DNA from: Planctomycetota bacterium
GTDB taxonomy: Bacteria; Planctomycetota; OFTM77
Assembly (NCBI GenBank): GCA_040219065.1
Contig: JAVJTD010000079.1
Location: 6,254 to 70,253, forward strand
Reading direction: 5' to 3'
DNA length: 64,000 nt
Part shown: positions 58,253 through 64,000 of the stretch, in pieces
Numbering within the stretch: position 1 is the first letter of the stretch
How the letters are laid out: every line of letters starts with the position of its first letter
Made by a program: the position numbers and the translations under genes
Notes under the pieces: model-generated
The model's input: the letters and a program-made list of their open reading frames with translations, nothing else
Told to the model about the DNA's origin: nothing
Databases searched by the model: none

Positions 58253-59451
58253 GACGAGATCGCCGCGCAAAGATGCCGATCGATGTCTTGCTCATCAACC
58301 CGCCTCCTGGGCCCGGCACGGTCGTCGACCGTCAGGGCGCTTCCGGATTGGGAGTGATCCACCCGAGACGTCGCCGGCGCCCCCTGCCGCCACACACCTT
58401 GACGCAGGTCGGTGCCACGGTGCGCTCCTTGGGACTCTCGGTCGCCGCGATCGATCTGACGCGGGAGTCACCGCGTCGCCTCCACGCCTTGCTCGACCGG
58501 GTAGCGGTCGTCGCAGGCATCTTCGTCTCCCAGAAGACCCTGGCCACCGACCTCGAGTTCATCGCGTCCCTGCGGCAGAGGATCGAGCCCCAGCAAGTCC
58601 TGCCATTCGGCATCTCGACCTGGTTCCACATCGAAGAGCTGAGGCGCCAGAGCCGCGGCGGCCCGGTGCTGGTCGGAGAGCCCGAGAGCCGGTTTGGACA
58701 CGCCGCACTGTATCTGGCGGGACGAGCTCCCGCCCCCCCGACCGGCCTCTTGCTCGACGGAGAGCAGCCGCGAGGCGAGCTGCATCAGCTCTTCGTCTCC
58801 GACCTGGACGAGCTGCCGATTCCCGCCTGGGAGCTGCTGGGTCGGCGCTGGCGAGAGCTGCCGCTGTACGCGAGCCGCGGGTGTTATCAAAGCTGCCGGC
58901 TCTGCCCGCACTCGGTCGCCCAAGGCGTGCAGGTTCGCGGGCGAGCGCCTGCAAACGTGGCGGCCGAGATGCAGACGCTGGCTCGGCGCTTCGGGACGCG
59001 GCACTTCGTCTTTCTCGATCCGGCCTTCGGTGCAGACCCGATCCGCACCCTGGAGCTCTGCCGCGAGATTCGAGGCCGGCGAGTGAAGGCCACCTGGAGC
59101 TGCGCGTCCCGTCCCGATGCCCTGCCCGTCGACCTCCTGGGTCGCATGGCCGAGGCCGGTTGCCGCGAGGTGCGCATCGAGCTCGACACCCTCGACCCGC
59201 AGCTCCTCGTCCGCTTCGGGCGGATCCCCGACATCCGCGAGCACGAGTTCTTCCGTGAGCGGGTCGAGATCTTCGTGAAGACCGCGCTCCGACTGGGCAT
59301 TCATCCCCAGGTCACGATCCTCGACGGCCTCCCGGGCCAGATGCAGGGCGATGTGGATGCCACCGCTCGGTTCGCGCGCTCTTTGGGAGTGCGACGGATC
59401 CGCATCACGCACCACGTACATTATCCGGCTGTCCAAGCACTCGGGACCTGA
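58249..59451 (+). CDS. Radical SAM protein with an N-terminal B12-binding-like domain (class B-like)
   Basis: DVLLINPPP... N-domain and the CX3CX2C cluster motif ASRGCYQSCRLCPH. ATG at 58249 overlaps the GT2 stop (ATGA). Confidence 0.8.
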   Translation: MRRDRRAKMPIDVLLINPPPGPGTVVDRQGASGLGVIHPRRRRRPLPPHTLTQVGATVRSLGLSVAAIDLTRESPRRLHALLDRVAVVAGIFVSQKTLATDLEFIASLRQRIEPQQVLPFGISTWFHIEELRRQSRGGPVLVGEPESRFGHAALYLAGRAPAPPTGLLLDGEQPRGELHQLFVSDLDELPIPAWELLGRRWRELPLYASRGCYQSCRLCPHSVAQGVQVRGRAPANVAAEMQTLARRFGTRHFVFLDPAFGADPIRTLELCREIRGRRVKATWSCASRPDALPVDLLGRMAEAGCREVRIELDTLDPQLLVRFGRIPDIREHEFFRERVEIFVKTALRLGIHPQVTILDGLPGQMQGDVDATARFARSLGVRRIRITHHVHYPAVQALGT

Positions 59452-59596
59452 GCACCGCACCGACGTTGCTGCTTGCCAAATTGGCATTTACTGCAATGAC
59501 CCGGACCGATATGCTCGATGCGTTCCCATCCGCTCGAATGAAAGCCGCGAGCGGATGATCGGGCGGTTCCGCCCTCCCTCCCCCCCAAAAGAGCTC

Positions 59597-60574
59597 ATGA
59601 GCCCAACTGAACGGCCCGCCGGACCGCGCACCCTCCTGCGCGATAGCCAAGAAGCACCGCCGCGTCTCTGCACGATCGGTGTCATGGTCCACGACGAGGC
59701 CCAGAACATCGGTCAGTGCCTGCGTTCCCTCCTCGCCCAAGAGGGCTCATCGATCGCCGTCGAGCGGATCGTCGTCGTCTCGAGCGGCTCGACCGACGGA
59801 ACGGACGAAATCGTCGCCGCCCTCGCCGAGCGACATCCCGAGATCACGCTGATCCGAGAGCCTCAGCGCCGCGGCAAGATCGTCGCCCTCAATCGCCTAC
59901 TCGCGACCTGCTCGAAGGGGGAGCTGATCGCCTTGATCGGCGGCGATCTCGTCGCCGAGCCCGAATGGCTCGAGAACCTCCTGGCGCCCTTCGACGATCC
60001 GCGAGTCGGCATGACGGGTGGCCGGCCGGTACCGATCGATGAGGAGCGCGGACTCTGCGGGACGCTGACGCATGTGCTCTGGCGAGTCCATCATCGCGTC
60101 GCCCTCGAGCGGCCGAAGCTCGGGGAGGCCGTCGCCTTTCGGCACACCGGCGACGCGATTCCCGAGGACGTCATCGTCGACGAGGCCTTCCTCGAGCACC
60201 GCATGCTCGAGAGCGGCTGGAGGCTGGAGTACGCACCCGACGCGATCGTCCACAACAAGGGTCCCGAGACGGCGAGCGACTTCGTCAGGCAGTATCGCCG
60301 AAACGTTGCCGGTCACCTCGTTCTCCAGCACCAGTTCGGGTACCGCGTCGCCACGCTCTCTCTCGCGCGCACCTGGCGAGCACTCTGGCCGGAGCTCGGT
60401 TGGTCACCGAAGCGGTGGCTGCTGATCGGCATGATCGGAGCGCTCTCGCTCTACGCCCGTGCTCTCGGCCACTGGGACTATCGCCATCGCCCCGAGCGCC
60501 ACCGCGTCTGGGAGATCGCCAAGACCACCAAACGGCGAATCGCCCTCGAGCCGGCGAGCGGCGAGCGGCGATAG
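59597..60574 (+). CDS. GT2-family glycosyltransferase (alternative start 59555)
   Basis: IGVMVHDEAQNIGQCLRSLL, IVVVSSGSTDGTDEIV, LIGGDLV (DxD-like), and a C-terminal membrane-associated segment. Confidence 0.75.
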   Translation: MSPTERPAGPRTLLRDSQEAPPRLCTIGVMVHDEAQNIGQCLRSLLAQEGSSIAVERIVVVSSGSTDGTDEIVAALAERHPEITLIREPQRRGKIVALNRLLATCSKGELIALIGGDLVAEPEWLENLLAPFDDPRVGMTGGRPVPIDEERGLCGTLTHVLWRVHHRVALERPKLGEAVAFRHTGDAIPEDVIVDEAFLEHRMLESGWRLEYAPDAIVHNKGPETASDFVRQYRRNVAGHLVLQHQFGYRVATLSLARTWRALWPELGWSPKRWLLIGMIGALSLYARALGHWDYRHRPERHRVWEIAKTTKRRIALEPASGERR

Positions 60575-60660
60575 AGCGGGCGCGGGCCCAGGTTGGCACT
60601 CTGTTCCCGGCACAAATGGCCCACTTTCTACAGGCACGAGCGCACCTGACAGCAAAGGCA

Positions 60661-60953
60661 GCCCCTTGCTCGGCGCCTTTCGGCTCGATCAGTGGCACCG
60701 TCGAGAGCGCGGCTTCCAGCTCGATCAACTCTTCCCGTTTCGGTCGCGCGGGCTCTGTGGTTCGGTCGCGCGGGCTCTGTGGTTTGGTCGCGCGGGCTCT
60801 GTGGTTTGGTCGCGCGGGCTCCGGTTGCGTCTTGCCGGCGCTTCGAACGCGCCCCTTGCTCGGCGCCTTTCGGCTCGATCAGTGGCACCGTCGAGAGCGC
60901 GGCTTCCAGCTCGATCCACTCTTCCTGTTTCGCTCGCGCGGGCTCTGTGGTTT
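60661..60953 (+). repeat. Two direct copies (E1, E2) of the 3-prime module of the modular repeat; E1 ends in a 4x tandem array of a 22-bp unit
   Basis: 60661-60740 and 60851-60930 are near-identical (GCCCCTTGCTCGGCGCCTTTCGGCTCGATCAGTGGCACCGTCGAGAGCGCGGCTTCCAGCTCGATC...). The (C/T)GGTCGCGCGGGCTCTGTGGTT unit is repeated at 60741, 60763, 60785 and 60807. Confidence 0.9.
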
Positions 60954-60973
60954 GCCTGGGTTTCACTCGCGGA

Positions 60974-61837
60974 TCACCCTGTCCAGCGGCCGAGTAGGAG
61001 GCCCAGGTCTCGTGCCAGGTAGAAGCCCGGCGCGATGAGTGCTTCTCGGCGCCTGTGGATCGGATAGCTGACGAGCTCGCCCCAGGCGTGTAGATGGCGC
61101 AGCAGCCTTGCGGCGTGATCGGAGGCGGAGGCCCGACAGTCGGGGTAGGCGCGACCCAGCCAAGCGGCAGCGCGGCCATTCCGCAGGGCTTGCCGATACA
61201 CCTCGGCCAGGGATCTTCGATGCCTGTGACGGACGGTCGCCTCGGGGGCCAAGGCGAGGCGGAGTCCGAGGTCTCTGGCCAGACGCCAGCAGAGCTCGAA
61301 GTCCGCGCCGGTCGCTCGATCGTCCAGAAAGCCGCCCAGCCGCCCCAACACGTCCCGGCGCACGGCCAAATTCGCCGTCGCGGCGGCCGGCCAGGGCCTG
61401 CGCTGAAAGAAGGCTGCTTGATCGAGCAATCCGTCCCGATCCGCGAGCCGATCCCACGGATCGCCGGGGTCTTCCGAGACGACCGGTCCGGAGACGGCTC
61501 CCACCTCGGGGTCCTCGAACGGCTTTCGCAGCCCGGCGAGCCACTCGTGGGTCGGACGACAATCGGCGTCGGTGAAAGCGACGACATCGCCGATCGCCGC
61601 GCGCCAGCCGATGTTTCGGGCGTAGTACGAGCTCGCCCGCTCGTGCGCCGGGAGCACGCGCACACCGGCCGGCGCCTCCCGCAAGACCTCACGCGTAGCG
61701 TCCCGCGAGCCGTTGTCGACGATCAAGATCTCCCGGGGCGAATCACGCAGTCGCTCGAGCGATGTGAAGAGACCCGGCAGCAGCGCCGCCCCGTCGCGAA
61801 CGGGGATCACCACGGAAATGTCCTTCTGGCGGCTCAT
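60974..61837 (-). CDS. GT2-family glycosyltransferase
   Basis: ISVVIPVRDGAALL, ILIVDNGSRDAT, VAFTDADC. The out-of-frame 354-aa ORF 60628-61692 is rejected. Confidence 0.85.
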   Translation of the reverse strand: MSRQKDISVVIPVRDGAALLPGLFTSLERLRDSPREILIVDNGSRDATREVLREAPAGVRVLPAHERASSYYARNIGWRAAIGDVVAFTDADCRPTHEWLAGLRKPFEDPEVGAVSGPVVSEDPGDPWDRLADRDGLLDQAAFFQRRPWPAAATANLAVRRDVLGRLGGFLDDRATGADFELCWRLARDLGLRLALAPEATVRHRHRRSLAEVYRQALRNGRAAAWLGRAYPDCRASASDHAARLLRHLHAWGELVSYPIHRRREALIAPGFYLARDLGLLLGRWTG

Positions 61838-62020
61838 CGCTGCGCGCTCACTACGATCCGAACCCTCGCTCCAAACTGCGAAGTCGGAATGTTCTCAGGT
61901 CCCTGCACGATCTCGCCCGATAGAACCGTCACGGTGGGTCGCCTCGACCTTGACAGGCGATCCGGGGCTATCCCGTTGCCGCCCGACCGGCGACTCCGCT
62001 CGAACCCAGGCCGACCTTAC

Positions 62021-62686
62021 ATGAACTTCGAAGAAATCTACCTCGACATCGACACCCAAGGCGACCTGATGCTCCCGGACGGCGGTCTCTACGTCCAGGG
62101 AGCTGCAGCGATCCTCCCGCGCATTCGGGGCTTGATCCAGCATGCGCACGACGAGCAGGCGCTCGTCATCTCGACGATGCAGACCTATCCCGCCGACGCG
62201 CAGGAGTTCGACCACCTGCCGAAGCACTGCGTCGAAGGCTCGACCGGCTGGGGGAAGGTGCCCGTGACCCTCGTCAAGCCGTACTACGACGTCGTCGCCG
62301 AAGGTGACGAGCAGCCCGACTGGCCCACTATCGCGAAGGAGCATGCACAGATCATCGTCCGAAAGCGCGAGCTCCCTCCCTTCGAGACCACGCTGCTCGG
62401 CGAGATCTTCGAGGCGCTCGCGCCAGAGAGGGTCACGATCTTCGGCGTCACCTCCGACTTCGGCGTGATTCCCTCGGCCGAGTACCTGATCGCGAAGGGC
62501 CACCGGGTGCGAGTCGTCTTCGACGCGATGCGCGGTGTCTCCGACGACAACGCTGCCAAAGACCAGACCCGGCTCCAGCAAGACGGCGCCGAGCTGGTCA
62601 CGACCGCGGACATCATCGGCAGCAATGTCCGGCGGCGTCCGACCTCCCGGTCCCTCGCCAGCCGCCGCAAAGCGGTCTCGCCCTGA
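62021..62686 (+). CDS. Isochorismatase/nicotinamidase (PncA)-like protein with the catalytic Cys replaced by Gly
   Basis: YLDIDTQGDL (Asp), LPKHCVEGSTGWG (metal-site-like), VTIFGVTSDFGV where PncA-type enzymes have G.ATDYCV, and FDAMRGVS. Only the last 221 codons of track ORF 61094-62686 look coding. Confidence 0.7.
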   Translation: MNFEEIYLDIDTQGDLMLPDGGLYVQGAAAILPRIRGLIQHAHDEQALVISTMQTYPADAQEFDHLPKHCVEGSTGWGKVPVTLVKPYYDVVAEGDEQPDWPTIAKEHAQIIVRKRELPPFETTLLGEIFEALAPERVTIFGVTSDFGVIPSAEYLIAKGHRVRVVFDAMRGVSDDNAAKDQTRLQQDGAELVTTADIIGSNVRRRPTSRSLASRRKAVSP

Positions 62687-63013
62687 CTTCTGGGCTCACC
62701 CGGCTAGGAGCACCTCCGACCGGGTGAAGCCTGACCCTATCCGCCGATTCGGCTTCCGGAACGTTCCGCATACGATTACCGAACCGTAGCAGCGTTACGC
62801 GGACTGGAAGCCCTCTCCTTCTCGCCGACCTCCGTCGAGCTCCCGCTATCCCGCCTGTCACCTGCTTTCGCCAGCAATCTCGAGAGCAAATCCAAGGGGC
62901 ACGCCTGTTGCGACACTGGCACGAGCCTACCTGAGTCGCCGCGAACAGGCTTCGAGTCCATCCCACGCACTCAGCCTGGTCTCCATTCCCACCTGTCCCC
63001 GAGGAACCTCTCC

Positions 63014-64000
63014 ATGTATCACCGTCCATCTCTCTCTGTGCGAGTCGGTTTGCTCTCCGCCCTCCTGACGACCGCCCTTTCGGTCACGGCCTTTGCCCAA
63101 GGCCCCGTTCAGGAGACGTTCGGCGACGCGACCTTCGAGCACTTCGGCTACGACGTCGACATCATCGGTGACGTCAACGGCGACGGTCATCCCGACTACG
63201 CCGCCACGCGTCAGCTCCTCGCGAACATCTCCGGCAACTACGTCCGAATCCTCTCGGGCTACGACGGCACCCTCATCCATCAGATCGACTTCCAGGACGG
63301 CATCGGGGTCCCAGCGACCGCGGTCGACGGGATCGGCGACATCGACGGCGACGGCGCAGCCGACCTCGTCGTCGGGATGAAGGGCATCGGCGCTTGGGTC
63401 ATCTCCGGCGGTCCGGGCACGATCCTCTACGACCTCGGTGAGCGCGTCGCGTTCACCTCCCGCTTTGCCGAAGGCGTCGCCGGGCTGGGCGACTTCGATG
63501 GTGACGGCATCGGCGACATCGCGGTCACCGACGCGAACTTCCCTTCGAACGGCACCGTCTTCATCTTCTCCGGCGCGACCGGCCTCTACCTCACCGGCCT
63601 CGCCTCTCTCGTACCGGGTCAGTTCGGCGGCGTGGTGGCCGGCATCGGCGACATCGACGGCGACGGTCTCGGCGACATCGCAGTCGGCAACCCCGACTTC
63701 AACATACTCCTCGACACGAAGGTCGGCGCCGTCTTCGTCTACTCGGCGACGAACACCTTCCAGCCGATGTACTCCTACTACGGCAACGTCGCTCAGGATC
63801 AGCTCGGCATGTCGCTCGTGGGATTGGGCGACATCGACGGGGACAACCTCGACGACTTCGCCATCGGCTCGCCGTACTTCGATCGGACCGGCGGCCAAGG
63901 CGAGGTCGGTCTTTATTCCGGCGCCACCGGCATCCAGCTCCAGGCGATTCAGCGTGACTTCGTCGGCTTCTCCATCGCCGGTGACTTCGACTTCGACCAA
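63014..64000 (+). CDS. Secreted FG-GAP/VCBS (integrin-alpha-like) repeat protein, N-terminal 329 codons; gene runs off the right edge
   Basis: Absent from the track because there is no stop in the window. ATG at 63014, signal MYHRPSLSVRVGLLSALLTTALSVTAFA. Five Ca-binding-loop repeats: GDVNGDGHPDY, GDIDGDGAADLVVG, GDFDGDGIGDIAV, GDIDGDGLGDIAVGNP, GDIDGDNLDDFAIGSP. Confidence 0.85.
   Translation, partial: MYHRPSLSVRVGLLSALLTTALSVTAFAQGPVQETFGDATFEHFGYDVDIIGDVNGDGHPDYAATRQLLANISGNYVRILSGYDGTLIHQIDFQDGIGVPATAVDGIGDIDGDGAADLVVGMKGIGAWVISGGPGTILYDLGERVAFTSRFAEGVAGLGDFDGDGIGDIAVTDANFPSNGTVFIFSGATGLYLTGLASLVPGQFGGVVAGIGDIDGDGLGDIAVGNPDFNILLDTKVGAVFVYSATNTFQPMYSYYGNVAQDQLGMSLVGLGDIDGDNLDDFAIGSPYFDRTGGQGEVGLYSGATGIQLQAIQRDFVGFSIAGDFDFDQ

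Noticed and set aside
57098-59487. Minus-strand ORFs of 390 aa (57098-58270) and 339 aa (58468-59487)
   Set aside because: Antisense to the Ppm1-like GT2 and radical SAM genes, which carry diagnostic motifs.
60741-60826. Possible CRISPR arrays at the tandem repeats (also 32716-32830 and 54222-54309)
   Set aside because: The units are directly adjacent with no spacers, there are only 3-4 copies, and there are no cas genes. These are tandem duplications of REP/MITE modules.
61094-62020. N-terminal 309 codons of the 530-aa plus-strand ORF 61094-62686
   Set aside because: This part is antisense to the GT2 gene at 60974-61837. Only the segment from the ATG at 62021 shows isochorismatase-family blocks.
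62927-64000. 357-aa minus-strand ORF at the right edge
   Set aside because: Antisense shadow of the plus-strand FG-GAP repeat gene. That gene starts at 63014 and is missing from the track only because it has no stop in the window.

Overview
This is a 64-kb, very GC-rich (about two-thirds G+C or higher by eye), gene-dense bacterial chromosomal segment. Strong third-position GC bias creates many long antisense or out-of-frame shadow ORFs in the supplied track, and I discarded those. I support about 45 real protein genes, two of which run off the window edges and are absent from the track. There is also one clearly decayed paralogue, one 5-prime-truncated gene remnant and one gene with a homopolymer frameshift. 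I found no rRNA, tRNA, CRISPR, transposase, integrase or phage genes.

Layout:
- 1-6.5 kb: an ATGA-coupled MIP channel / GMC flavoenzyme / VOC operon, divergent from a GH63-like glucosidase + glucose-1-dehydrogenase pair.
- 6.6-8 kb: a scar containing two head-to-head truncated genes.
- 8-24 kb: a secretome-rich stretch. It holds a 7-bladed PD40 propeller, an S41 peptidase, ArsR, a 1154-aa TPR-CHAT protein, a Rieske oxygenase, an esterase-TPR protein, a di-haem CCP/MauG-like protein and an ECF sigma / Ser-Thr kinase pair.
- 24-33 kb: glcDEF, an ICMT-like methyltransferase, a 180-aa orphan, mutS and an ECF sigma.
- 34.6-50.5 kb: one 15-gene minus-strand respiratory cluster. It joins a Rieske/split-cytochrome-b complex, a 1219-aa octahaem cytochrome, a cupredoxin, a di-haem lipoprotein cytochrome and a complete aa3 oxidase with its assembly genes.
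- 50.5-64 kb: a 924-bp noncoding region, an 887-aa secreted orphan with an HExxH motif, a two-component pair and a 41-aa Cys-rich lipoprotein. These are followed by a GT2 / B12-type radical-SAM / GT2 cluster, a PncA-like protein lacking its nucleophile and an FG-GAP protein.

The noncoding DNA is unusually structured. It contains a modular ~245-bp repeat family (6 full or partial copies) and a GC-rich hairpin (REP-like) family that often forms tandem arrays.

I see no recognisable defence, toxin or mobile system. The most novel-looking items are the architecture of the respiratory cluster, the repeat-flanked HExxH orphan and the repeat families. All functional calls rest on motif recognition by eye, without database searches.
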